Source: Eledone cirrhosa (taxonomy: Eukaryota). Taken from it: a stretch of DNA of 64,000 nucleotides. The notes under the pieces are model-generated. The model saw only the letters and a list, made by a program, of their open reading frames with translations. It was not told the origin of the DNA and ran no database searches. A program made the translations under genes and the position numbers. Location of the stretch: assembly GCA_964016885.1 (NCBI GenBank), contig OZ024745.1:10788001-10852000 (forward strand), given 5' to 3'. Numbering within the stretch: position 1 is the stretch's first letter; the number at the start of each line of letters is the position of its first letter. Below are positions 14,040 to 26,871 of the stretch, piece after piece.

Positions 14040-14707
14040 GTGTGTGTGTGTGTGTGCAGTGTCTGTATGTCTGTGTATATATTTGTGTATGTGTGCAGTG
14101 TATGTATGTCTGTGTGTATGTGTGTGTATGTGTGCAGTGTCTGTATGTCTGTGTATATGTGTGTGTATGTGTGTAGTGTGTGCATATGTGTGTGTATGTG
14201 TGTGTATGTGTGTGTATGTATGTGTGTATGTGTATGTGCCAAGTGTCTGTATATGTGTGTATGTGTGTGTGTATGTGTATGTGCCAGGTGTCTGTATGTC
14301 TGTGTGTATGTATGTATATGTATGTGTGTGTGAGGGGGGTATATATGTGTGTGAGGGGGGTATATATGTGTGTGAGGGGGGTATATGTGTGTGAGGGGGT
14401 ATATATGTGTGTGAGGGGGGTATATATGTGTGTGAGGGGGGTATATGTGTGTGAGGGGGGTATATATGTGTGTGAGGGGGGTATATGTGTGTGAGGGGGG
14501 TATATATGTGTGTGAGGGGGGTATATGTGTGTGATGGGGGGGGGGTATATGTGACCAATGGGAATTTATTGTATTTCGTTCAATTTAATTCGAGGAAGAT
14601 TTATTAACATCCAATGTAAGAAACACCTGGATATATTTTATAGCTTAGACATGTCTGACACCACCTCTCATCCACACACACACACACACACACACACCAC
14701 CTCTCAT

Positions 14708-14744
<37 letters not shown>

Positions 14745-14783
14745 ACCTCTCATCCACACACACACACACACACCACCTCTCAT

Positions 14784-14828
<45 letters not shown>

Positions 14829-14843
14829 CACACCAGCACTCAT

Positions 14844-14887
<44 letters not shown>

Positions 14888-15415
14888 GCACTCATACACA
14901 CATACACACACACACTAGCACTCATACACACACACTAGCACTCATACACACACTCACACACACTAGCACTCATACACACTCACACACACACGCACACTAA
15001 CACTCATACACACTCACACACTCACACACACACTAGCACTCATACACACTCACACACACACACTAGCACTCATACACACACACTCACACACACCAGCACT
15101 CATACACACTCACACACACACACTAGCACTCATACACACTCACACACACACTAGCACTCATACACACTCACACACACACACATACACTAGCACTCATACA
15201 TACTCACACACTCACACACTCACTAGCACTCATACACACTCACACACACACATTAGCACTCATACACACACACACACACACACTAGCACTCATACACACT
15301 CACACTCACACACACACTAGCACTCATACACACATATACACATACACACACACCATACATATATATACACACACACACACCAGACATATATATACACGCA
15401 CCAGACATACACCAG
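14040..15415. repeat. Compound TG-rich and CA-rich low-complexity tracts
   Basis: Directly visible. Confidence 0.9.
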
Positions 15416-15637
15416 ACATCTGTCGTCTATTCTGTAGAACGACCCTCTAAAACCCGAACAGTTGCTACTCTCAGACCAAAGTTCTTCACATCAACAAATG
15501 TTGATCTGACTCTTCTAGAAATATCCACAGACTTCTGTTCCTTTCGTACGATTCCTTCTAGATGGTAACACACCACACACTCTTAATAACTGTTTGCCGC
15601 AATAATAGGGAGCTTCTTTCTGTAGATCTGATGGCGC

Positions 15638-16174
15638 CAGGGCCGGATTTAATGGGGGGAGGGAAGAGGGCAATTGCCCCGGATTCCCTGCAGTGGGTGG
15701 TGGTGGTGGAAGGGGGATACAAGGAACGGCCGTAACAATTTATTTGTGACCTCAGCTGGGCTTTTAATTTTAGGATGGTTAGAATTTTTTAATTTAATAC
15801 CTGTATATATAACTTTTTAATTCCAGTTACTTGTGTCAACATGACTTTGATATGTAAAATTGGGGAGGGGGGGGGGGTTGCTGTGGGTTCTATTTTTGTT
15901 TAAGAGGAGCCGAAAAACTTGAAGTGACCCGGGCCCCCACCAAACCTGAAATACCTCCCCAACCTGAAATGCCCCGGGCCTCCACCAAACCTGATGTGAC
16001 CCGGGCCCCCACCAAACCTGAAGTACCTCCCCAACCTGAAATGCCCCGGGCCTCCACCAAACCTGATGTGACCCGGGCCCCCACCAAACCTGAAATGACC
16101 CGGACCCCACCAAACCTGAAGTGACCCGGGCCCCTACCAAACCTGAAGTACCCCAAGGTCTAAATCCGACACTA
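15638..16174. mobile_element. hAT-type MITE containing an internal GC-rich minisatellite (about 15920-16150)
   Basis: Imperfect TIRs CAGGGCCGGATTTA / TAAATCCGACACTA; perfect 8-bp TSD GATGGCGC at 15630-15637 and 16175-16182. Confidence 0.85.
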
Positions 16175-16219
16175 GATGGCGCGTTTGACACGTCTAATAA
16201 TTAGCTTCCAGTAACTAAT

Positions 16220-16515
16220 TGGTTGGCAGAGTCGTTAGAAGGTCGAGAAGAATGCTTTACGGTAATCGTTTCGGTAGTTTGCGCTCTAAGTTCAAATCAC
16301 GCCGAGGTCAATTTTGGTTTTCATCATTTCGAGGTCGGTAAAAAAAGTATCAGTCTAATACTGGGGTTAATGGTTTCTCTCTCTCTCTTCCCTCTCCCCC
16401 TCTCTCTGGGAGAAATCAGCTATGTTCAGACCTGGAGAGGAGATGGGCTCCTCCAGGGCACAAGAAACCCTTTATGTCACTACGGCGCATCTACGACCCT
16501 ACAAGAGTTACGGGT
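16220..16515 (+). mobile_element. SINE copy with extended 3' module
   Basis: TGGCAGAGTCGTTAGAA head, GTTCAAATC B-box, core, then a TTCAGACCTGGAGAGG...TATGTCA module shared with about 32080, 43390 and 57445. Confidence 0.7.
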
Positions 16516-16625
16516 TAAAAAACAAAACAAAACTAACTAACTAATAGGTGACTTCAGGCTCTATGTTCATTGAAAGGGTTGTAGTAACAAGACTCACTAC
16601 TTAGCCATAATATATGAACACACAC

Positions 16626-16677
<52 letters not shown>

Positions 16678-16979
16678 GCCGCTGAGGTGGACTTTGGAAG
16701 TTTCGACCCCTACTAACGGTACTGGTAATCCACCCGGGACCACAGCATCTGATACAAGCCAAATGCTGCTCAGTGGAGCAAGAGACGAGAGAAAAAACAT
16801 TAATCTGCAGCAATTAAGCTACAAGTACACATAGAATTTTATGTGACGCCAGGGAAAAGGTAGGGTGATTCTTATAGCACGAGAATAATGAATGAAACAC
16901 AGAAAAAAGAAAGGAAGATAAAAGCGCAATTTTTAAAGTGAAACTTGTTGTTGCTCATCCACCTCACCTCATGCAGTCT

Positions 16980-17255
16980 AAAGTCTGTTTTGAGCCTGGA
17001 GGCTAATCAAGTCAGTGCTTATCCCAGTTTCTGTGGTGTGAAGTGACTGAGAGTACAAGACTTCCTCCTGAATAGGACGCCAGTCCATCGCATGATTAAG
17101 CTCCCATATATTGCTGGTACTCATTTTCAGTTGACTATACTGGATCAACGTGAAATGAAGTGTTTTGCTCAAGAAAACAACACACAACCCAGTCCAGGAA
17201 TCGAACCCACGTCATTATGATCATAAGTCTAACACCTTTACCACTATGCCATGTA
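16980..17255 (-). mobile_element. tRNA-derived SINE of a second family
   Basis: Minus strand: TGGCATAGTGGTAA A-box, GGTTCGATTCC B-box, TTCTTGAGCAAAACACTTCA body, GCGATGGACTGGCGTCC tail. Confidence 0.75.
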
Positions 17256-18183
17256 CCCCCCACAATCAAAATCAGAATCTATATCTATTGGTAAGGATGA
17301 CACCGATGTCAGATTATGATCGAAGGTTAAACATTGTGAGATATTGAGATATCTACTTCTGAAAACTATGTCAACTGAAGCAAGGTAGAAGAAGGTTTCA
17401 TGTCTAGAAATAAAACATCAGTAGCAGACTTGAACTCATGCCTCACTAATTCAATATTTTTTCCACTCAATCATATCGGTTTTATTGAACAAACGAGCAA
17501 ACATTCGGATAAAATCTGTTCTTCGCCTCCGATGGAAAATGTCACCTAACAAAAGATGACATTTCGAATCATCAGATTCTAGACAATATACTACATATCA
17601 ACCGAAAGTCTTCGAAATATTTGAACGCTTTAAATCAATCTATCAATAAATCAATGAATCGATCAATCTGTGTTTATTTATTACAAGCAGCAAACGCCAT
17701 AGAGCAAGAAATATTTCCCCAGAAATTCCCACATGAAACCATTCTATTTCATTTGGTAAAAAGCATTTCAATGTGAACGTTTCCCCTCTCCCTTGTCATA
17801 TAGAAATGTTGTGCTTCACCAGAAACTAATATTTAAACCGTTACAACACGGAGCGTGTAAGTGAACCAGTTCCACTTCCTGGTTCCACGTGGTTTGTTTA
17901 ATTATACCGAGTTGCCAGGGGTTCTGGTAATTCAGTACAGTTCTGATATCTGACTGCTGCACTTCTTAGGAGGGGACAGGCTCATCTGTGTTCAACTACC
18001 ACCTACAGCTCTTACGTAGGACTGATAATGACACAGATATACATACACACAGATATACATACACATGGACATACATACACATAGACATACATATACATGG
18101 ACATACATAGACACACATACACATGGACATACATACATTACACACGCTCTTACACACACGCAAACTCACATACATGCATAGAT

Positions 18184-18231
<48 letters not shown>

Positions 18232-18454
18232 GAAACGACTCCAGTACTGGACAGATACATTTTTATCGACCTCGAAAGGAGGAAAAGCAAAATTAACCTT
18301 GGTGGGATTCGAACTCAGAGAGCAGAGGGCCAGAACACCACAAAACATTCGACGTTTGAGGACGATTTGAATCAGAAACTGATGACTTGTAGTTTATGTT
18401 GAATCTGTGATGGGAGCTCAACATAAACTACAAGTCAACAGTTGTTTAGTGTAG

Positions 18455-19735
18455 TTTTTGGTAGAGTATTGTGGTAGAGTATTGTGGTAGAGTATTGTGG
18501 TAGAGTATTGTGGTAGAGTATTATGGTAGAGTATTATGGTAGAGTATTGTGGTAGAGTATTGTGGTAGAGTATTATGGTAGAGTATTATGGTAGAGTATT
18601 TTGGTAGAGTATTGTGGTAGAGTATTGTGGTAGAGTATTGTGGTAGAGTATTGTGGTAGAGTATTGTGGTAGAGTATTGTGGTAGAGTATTATGGTAGAG
18701 TATTATGGTAGAGTATTTTGGTAGAGTATTGTGGTAGAGTATTGTGGTAGAGTATTGTGGTAGAGTATTGTGGTAGAGTATTGTGGTAGAGTATTGTGGT
18801 AGAGTATTGTGGTAGAGTATTATGGTAGAGTATTGTGGTAGAGTATTGTGGTAGAGTATTTTGGTAGAGTATTGTGGTAGAGTATTGTGGTAGAGTATTG
18901 TGGTAGAGTATTGTGGCAGAGTATTGTGGTAGAGTATTGTGGTAGAGTATTTTGGTAGAGTATTGTGGTAGAGTATTGTGGTAGAGTATTGTGGTAGAGT
19001 ATTTTGGTAGAGTATTGTGGTAGAGTATTTTGGTAGAGTATTGTGGTAGAGTATTGTGGTAGAGTATTGTGGTAGAGTATTGTGGTAGAGTATTTTGGTA
19101 GAGTATTGTGGTAGAGTATTGTGGTAGAGTATTGTGGTAGAGTATTGTGGTAGAGTATTGTGGTAGAGTATTGTGGTAGAATATTTTGGTAGAGTATTGT
19201 GGTAGAGTATTGTGGTAGAGTATTTTGGTAGAGTATTGTGGTAGAGTATTTTGGTATAGCATTGTGGTAGAGTATTTTGGTAGAGTATTGTGGTAGAGTA
19301 TTTTGGTAGAGTATTGTGGTAGAGTATTGTGGTAGAGTATTTTGGTAGAGTATTGTGGTATAGTATTTTGGTAGAGTATTGTGGTAGAGTATTTTGGTAG
19401 AGTATTTTGGTAGAGTATTGTGGTAGAGTATTTTGGTAGAGTATTTTGGTAGAGTATTGTGGTAGAGTATTTTGGTAGAGTATTGTGGTAGAGTATTTTG
19501 GTAGAGTATTTTGGTAGAGTATTGTGGTAGAGTATTTTGGTAGAGTATTGTGGTAGAGTATTTTGGTATAGTATTTTGGTAGAGTATTGTGGTAGAGTAT
19601 TTTGGTAGAGTATTGTGGTAGAGTATTTTGGTAGAGTATTTTGGTAGAGTATTGTGGTAGAGTATTTTGGTAGAGTATTTTGGTAGAGTATTGTGGTAGA
19701 GTATTGTGGTAGAGTATTGTTGTAGAGTATTGTGG
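18455..19735. repeat. 13-bp minisatellite (GGTAGAGTATTGT), about 98 copies
   Basis: Directly visible; ORFs 18690-19773 are artefacts of it. Confidence 0.97.
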
Positions 19736-19971
19736 TTTATTTCAAACATAGATACAGAGCTGGCACATTCCATGATGACATTTATTGAATAATCTTACTT
19801 CCTCTTCCTGTTGGTCCAATGTATTGCTTCTCACTGTTTTAAATATGTCTTGTAATTATAATATGGTGCTTTCTAATTTAGACACCAAACCATCAATCAT
19901 TTTTTGGGGCCGGAGGGCAAAGTTGATTAAATCGGCCCCAGTACTTCACTGGTACTATATTTTATCGACCT

Positions 19972-20048
19972 TTGCTGTTGCTGCCGTTGCTGTCGTTGCT
20001 GCTGTTTCTGATGTTGCTATTGGTATTGCTGCTGCTGTTGCTGCTGCT

Positions 20049-20100
<52 letters not shown>

Positions 20101-20382
20101 CTGTTGTTGCTGCTGTTGCTGTTGCTGCTACTGTTGCTGCTGCTGCTGCTGTTACTGTTGCTGTTGCTGTTGCTGCTACTGCTGTTGCTGCCGCTGCAGT
20201 TGCTGCTGTTGCTGTTGCTGCTGATGTTGCTGCTGTTGCTGCTGCAGTTGCTGCTGTTGCCGCTGTTGTTGCTGCTGCTGCTGCTGTTACTGTTGCTGTT
20301 GCTGTTGCTGCTGTTGCTGCCGCTGCAGTTGCTGCTGTTGCTGTTGCAGTTGCTGCTGTTGCCGCTATTGTTGCTGCTGCTA

Positions 20383-20421
<39 letters not shown>

Positions 20422-20573
20422 CTGTTGCTGCTGTTGCTGCTGTTGCTGTTGCAGTTGCTGCTGTTGCCGCTATTGTTGCTGCTGCTATTGCTGTTGCTGT
20501 TGCTGTTGCTGCTGTTACTGTAGCTGCTGTTGCTGCTGTTGCTGCTGTTACTGCTGCTGCTGCTGCTGCTGCT
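19972..20573. repeat. (GCT/GTT)n trinucleotide repeat
   Basis: Directly visible. Confidence 0.95.
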
Positions 20574-20807
20574 AACTGTGGGTTTTCTCATTTTTGTCTC
20601 ACACTACCGACTCTCCTCAATGCTGCTCCCACCCCCAGGGATTTACAATTGCTTCAATATCTTCTGCTGTCCACTTTAATAGCAGACCTTCCCACTTGTG
20701 TGTGTACGTGTGCCTGTGTATGTGTGTGTGTGTGGACATGTGTGTGTACGTGTGCCTGTGTGTGTGTAAATGTGTATGTACGCGCACACACACATATATT
20801 ATACATG

Positions 20808-20845
<38 letters not shown>

Positions 20846-20918
20846 ATATGAATATATATATGTACATATATATATGTGTATATATGTATATATACGTAAA
20901 TATATATGTATATATATG

Positions 20919-20989
<71 letters not shown>

Positions 20990-20990
<1 letters not shown>

Positions 20991-21784
20991 GTATAATAAA
21001 CAATACAATATAATTACCTCATTACCAGAGGTTTCCCGAATAAGACGAATACGAAAAACGTCCTCATTCGTTCGTCGCATAAGGCAATTTAAAACAGTGA
21101 AATATTTGAAAAATCTCCTCAAGAAAGGCAAGAGTTTAACGGACAAAAAAATATATAAATAAAAGTAATGCAAGAGATATATACAAAAAAAGGAAATATA
21201 GTTAGGGTATGTGTATATATATGTATATACACTCACAAATGTACATATGTGTGTATGTACAAATGCATGTGTATGGTGAAAATGTGTGCGTAAGTACATA
21301 TATGAGGGCAAGTATATTTGTGTATGTGTGACCACAAATACGTATATAATATGAGTTGAAAAAGAAATTGTAAAATAATATAGTTAACACACATCCAGAT
21401 ACAGGTATTAAATACACATACGAGTATGAAAGCACGTGTATAAACACACACACACGCCCGGTCACTTATATGCGGAAGATAAAGAGGGAAGGGCGTGTAA
21501 TAGTAAAAAGAAGTGTCATTCTCGATATATGTATAAAAATGAAACAATATATGAGAATGACAAACATTTTTTAAATCAAAGAGAAAGTAAGAGGGAGGGG
21601 TTATCAATTAACACTAGAAAAAAGAAAACAAACATAGGTACGCACGTACACACACATATATATATATAAATATACATACATACACATACGTACAGACAAA
21701 AGCGCATGCATGCGTACTTACATACACACGAGGCACGTATATATATATATCGCCACATGTATATCTAATCACACGTACGTACGC

Positions 21785-21835
<51 letters not shown>

Positions 21836-22856
21836 CACACCCATACATACGTATACATATACACACATATACATACACATACATTTACCCACATACACAC
21901 ACACGTATAATTAAGTATGTAAAAAACATAGATATACAAACACACATACATACACGTATATATACGTACGCACGCACACATACGGAGGCGTCTGTATACA
22001 TATACAGAACGTATACACACATATGCACACTCACACGCATAGATACAAATTATAAACCAGCCGTGTGAATAAATGAGTACAAATATAAAATCTGCTGCGA
22101 AACAACAGAATATATCTGGAGTGGAAAACGCAAGTGACATGTGATTTCAGGTATTGAAAGAAAATGGGGAAGTAAAATGTGGAATGTGAAGATATTAGGT
22201 AAGTGAATCAAAAAGTAGAGGGGGGGGGGTTTCACTGGTGGATGTGAAGTAAAAATAAAAATAAAGTTAAAAATAAAGTTAAAATTGAAAGTAAATCAGA
22301 AAGAGAAGTCTGTAAAGAGGATAATTTAAGGAAAGTGAAGAACAATAGTTTATGGAGGATAAGTATCTGAAAGTGAGTTAAGTTTATATGCGCTGGAAAG
22401 CAAGTGTGATTTCATGTGTGGGCAACTGGTGAAAATTTCTGTTTTTGCGTTTAGGCAGGTTCTTGGTGATTTAAGGTTCTGTAAAATCCAATGTTTTTGC
22501 GTTTAGGCAGGTTTTTGGTGATTTAAGGTTCTGTAAAATCCAATATTTTTCACTTATGCAGAGTGTGCATCTTCTTGTTCCTCTTGCATATTCTTTAGAT
22601 TGGTTCAAAATTGACCAATCCAATTTATATTGGATACCTTGGTCTTTCAAATCCCATATTCTGCTAGCCAGAGCTGTTGTAAATCTTTTTTCTGGATGTC
22701 GGAAAGATGCGACATGTGAGTAATAACGCGTTTTGAATTTGTCTTGTGTCATACCCACATATCGCTCGCTGGTGGCTGGTAGGTTGTTGCTGATGGTTGT
22801 CACTTTAGCCGCATATACAATGGCTTTGGTGTTGCATTTACCTTGTAATGGGCATT
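20990..22856 (-). mobile_element. 5'-truncated Penelope-like element A: GIY-YIG endonuclease remnant (about 22385-22856) plus 3' tail
   Basis: Minus strand CPLQGKC..AIVY...RYVGMT..FKTRY..H...CTLCISEK...LN. A ~41-bp tandem duplication near 22440-22530 disrupts the C-terminus. The extent of the tail is inferred. Confidence 0.8.
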
Positions 22857-22893
22857 TTTAGATAAAGAATCTTGCTAAACAAATTCAGAAACG

Positions 22894-22988
<95 letters not shown>

Positions 22989-22989
<1 letters not shown>

Positions 22990-23277
22990 CGTTTCTGAAT
23001 TTGTTTAGCAAGATTCTTTATCTGAAAACGTGTGTTGAAACCGATATTGTTATGCTTTGGGAGGGTCATGTTGCCAATAAGAAACACACGCACCAGTTGC
23101 TTTCACTCCAATTTATTATAAATTAAATTTATAAATTTCCGGTTGGTTGGTTCCATAACCGGACGGTTGTTCATATTTGTCAAAGTTCTCTCGTCACACA
23201 TTCTGTGACCTCATCAGTGACTGGGGATTCTTTTCTTTGTTTTTGTGCCTCTCATTTGTTCTGTCCTACGCCATCTA
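22989..23277 (-). mobile_element. Penelope pseudo-LTR-like fragment with hammerhead (copy 1; copy 2 at 53998-54309)
   Basis: ~290-bp dispersed repeat, both copies abutting (AT)n; contains a hammerhead fold at 23179-23221 with GAAA changed to GAGA. Confidence 0.7.
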
Positions 23278-23402
23278 TCTATATATATATATATGTGTGT
23301 GTGTGTGTGATATGAATATATATATGTATATATATATGTGTATATATGTATATATATATGTATATATACGTAAATATATATGTATATATATGTATATACA
23401 TG

Positions 23403-23467
<65 letters not shown>

Positions 23468-23470
<3 letters not shown>

Positions 23471-25376
23471 AACGAGTAGGACCCCGACGGCTGAGCTCAA
23501 GCCGTTTCGACGGCTAATTCTGGACTAAATGAAAATTTTTATCCTGGTATTTGAATAGCCGAGCTTCTCAAGGGGTAATTCCATATATGGTAAAAGAGAT
23601 TGTCACAAGGATTGGTCAAAAGTTTGTTGATTGAGACATAATAATTCTATGATGGCAAATTGTGGAGGGAAGGGGTAGCTGAACCTGCCAGTAGGAGAAA
23701 GAGGGAGAGGGGGTGGAGGAGACCCAGTCATGCGTTGATAGTGCCGACTACAGCTGGGCATGAGGTCAAAGAAGATACTAGGGAGGGGGAGGGGGAGGAA
23801 GTCGAAACAATAAGTAGAACAATATGGGGTAAATATATAGAAAAATACCGAGAGTGTTAAAAAGCAATTAAATGTAAAAAAAACAAAACAATTTCTGGTT
23901 ACTACGACCTAAGTCTCTCACTGTAAGTAATGAACCGAGTATATCTTACGGTGACGGGTCAACAAGTGAGGGGCCAAAATACTAAAGAAACTACCACGAA
24001 ATAATAAATAAAGGTTTCTACCCCAGGCACAAGGCCAGCAACCACCCAGTGCAAAAAAGTAAACTAATACGAAATAATAATTCAGAGTCCCGAAAAAGAA
24101 TACTAATACTATCTCTAAGGGTGCCGCCACGATACAAAAATTCTAGTGCAAGCTACATAAAAGCTCGTACGAAGTATATGTAAAATTTGATACGGAAAAT
24201 TAATTCAGAATCCCCCCCCCCCCCCAAAAAAAAATAAATACTGATATACGAGAAATTAAAGCAAAGATACCACTAAGAAATATAGAAAGCACGGAAAAGG
24301 GGCAGCGGTCGGATAAGAGGGCAAGTATCCGGGGTCTAACACATCTGCTATAAAAAGCGGAGTCGGCCAAATCTATCATAGAATAGCAGAAGGGGGTGGG
24401 GGTACTGAGGCTACAAAGGACCGAGGGGCTGCCTAAGTGGGCGAGAAAAAGACGACGACAAAGAAAGAGAACTGGGGTGGAAGGACTAGGGAGGGATGGG
24501 GGAAGAAGGAAATATAGAGAAAGCGATAAAAAGATATAAAAGAAGATCTTACGTCTACCTTTGCAAGCAGGGGTTACCCATTACAAAATCGGCAAGTGGG
24601 GGTGTTATAGCCCTAGTCTACCCCTCCCCCCCGGGTCATTATGGGGTTTGAGGGCGAGGTAAGTCGTACGCAATCTGTGTTTACATGCAGTAACCAGTTC
24701 ATCTTTCTTGTTTAGGAGTTGGTCCGTCGAAAACAGCATTTGTAAAGTTTCCTCCGAGCATAAATTGCACGGACGGCGTCCTCCCGTGTAAGAGTTGGTT
24801 CTGGACAGTAAGCTCCAAGTGAGATCATAGGTAATGTTGTTATCCTTGAGGTCCCATATGTGGCCCGAAAGTGTAGTGGCGTGACGCCGGGCCAGGTTTC
24901 GGAAGGTATGTCTGTGTTGGTATAGCCGGGTCTTGAAGTCACATGCGGTTAATCCTATATAAGCTTTGTTGGAGGTGTCGGTCCTCACTTTGCACTGGTA
25001 GATCACATTACGATCTCTGCATCTGTTGTAGAGGGGGCAAATGGATCCATCAGGACAGTTGCACCTCCTGGTCGGCTCTCCACTGCTATTTAGGTTATTT
25101 CTTCCATGGGGGTTGAGTTTTTTATTGTTAGAGGAGACGATGTTTTGTGCAAAGTTTGGTGTGGTGCTGTAAGAGAGTTTGATGGTATTTTTGTTAATTA
25201 TGTTGTGGTAATTATGATGGTATTTTTGTTAATTATTTAGTCCAGAATTAGCCGTCGAAACGGCTTGAGCTCAGCCGTCGGGGTCCTACTCGTTCCTATT
25301 ACCCACTCTACTACCCTAAGTATTGAGTACTTTGGTGCGTTATGGTCCACCTGGTTCCTTACCACATTTCCTCCGT
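23468..25376 (-). mobile_element. 5'-truncated Penelope-like element B: GIY-YIG remnant (24605 to about 25210) with an inverted terminal repeat segment
   Basis: CNC..CPL..C..NVIY...AYIGLT..FKTR...CNLCSEE...LLNK...CKH. 23468-23530 is the reverse complement of about 25235-25298. Confidence 0.85.
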
Positions 25377-25407
<31 letters not shown>

Positions 25408-25724
25408 AATATGAATATATATATATGTATATATATATGTGTATATATGTATATATATATATGTGTATATACGTAAATATATATGTATATATATGTATAT
25501 ATATGTATAAATATATATATATATATGTGTGTGTGTATATATATATATGTATATATATAGATAGATAAATATACACGGGTGTGTATGATTGTGTATAGAA
25601 GATTATATTAATAAGAGGAATTCCAACTTTGTCTGATTTACTCGTTTTATTTACAATCCTTTAAAATTTATAATGGTATTATAATGAAATAGTATGATAG
25701 AATATTAAATTCTAAGTGTTAATT

Positions 25725-25761
25725 GAACAAGTACTTTCATGCTTTCGCAATCTTCAGGTTC
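25725..25761 (-). ncRNA. Minimal type I hammerhead ribozyme (mirror copy)
   Basis: Exact reverse complement of 25836-25872. Confidence 0.72.
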
Positions 25762-25835
25762 ATAATATGTGGTGACAGTCAGTTTGCAATTTTCAACTGT
25801 TGAAAATTGCAAACTTGACTGTCACCACACATTAT

Positions 25836-25872
25836 GAACCTGAAGATTGCGAAAGCATGAAAGTACTTGTTC
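25836..25872 (+). ncRNA. Minimal type I hammerhead ribozyme
   Basis: GAAC-CUGAAGA-uUGC(gaaa)GCAu-GAAA-GUAC-UU-GUUC: intact core, stem I GAAC/GUUC, palindromic loop 3. Confidence 0.72.
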
Positions 25873-26026
25873 AATTAACACTTAGAATTTAATATTCTAT
25901 CATACTATTTCATTATAATACCATTATAAATTTTAAAGGATTGTAAATAAAACGAGTAAATCAGACAAAGTTGGAATTCCTCTTATTAATATATATATGT
26001 ATATATATATATATATATATATACAT

Positions 26027-26128
<102 letters not shown>

Positions 26129-26222
26129 GAAAGGTATAGAAAACACAGCAGCGAAAAGCAAACAGCATTCCATAGTATATAAGTGACTATAGCGTCAAAA
26201 TGGGAAAAATAGTTAACGTAAG

Positions 26223-26253
<31 letters not shown>

Positions 26254-26344
26254 TATATATATATATATATATAAAAACAAATAACGAAACGAAATTAAAC
26301 TTCGTTTCGCTTCTAACTCACTTTTGTATGACTGACGCTTAAAC

Positions 26345-26715
26345 AATTAAGTTAAAAGTGTACATCTACATATGTATACGGGAATACTAGTATGCATATA
26401 AATACACACATGTATACATATGTACATGTACTGAGTTTTTCACTGGACACTTTACTGTGAGTGTCCAGCTAGTCTGTATGTAACCAAACAGACAAACCGG
26501 GTTTTAGAGTCATACGGGTTTTCAAGGAAACACATTTCCTCTATTCTCCAGAGAGCCAGACAGGCAGGCTGTCTGGCTCTCTGGAGAATAGCTGGACACT
26601 CACAGTAAAGTGTCCAGTGAAAAACTCAGTACATGTACATATGTATACATGTGTGTATTTATATGCATACTAGTATTCCCGTATACATATGTAGATGTAC
26701 ACTTTTAACTTAATT
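26345..26715. repeat. Nested inverted repeat (~127-bp outer arms; 23-bp-stem hairpin inside at 26541-26591)
   Basis: 26345-26471 is the reverse complement of 26589-26715. Confidence 0.9.
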
Positions 26716-26833
26716 ATATATATATATGTATGTATATATATAGTATGTGTATATATATATATGTATGTGTATATATATATCATCATTATTTTACGTCCGC
26801 TTTACCCTGCTGTACACACACACACACACACAG

Positions 26834-26871
<38 letters not shown>

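Larger units (their letters stand above)
25604..25993. repeat. 390-bp near-perfect palindrome with a 1-nt centre at about 25798
   Basis: The arms are reverse complements; I found one mismatch and one 1-nt indel. Confidence 0.95.

Noticed and set aside
15416-15565. Possible host exon (AG...GT-bounded open frame in unique sequence)
   Set aside because: No polypyrimidine tract, the peptide is unrecognised, and an antisense frame is equally open; needs RNA-seq.
17190-17255. tRNA gene
   Set aside because: A/B boxes continue into a SINE body with no acceptor stem; it is a SINE head.
18690-20846. Long ORFs (YHNTLPQYST repeats; Ala/Val- and Ser/Asn-rich)
   Set aside because: Products of the 13-bp and trinucleotide repeats.
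21015-21085. Degenerate hammerhead at the end of Penelope A
   Set aside because: A stem and GAAA are present on the minus strand, but the CUGANGA core and stem I are not intact.
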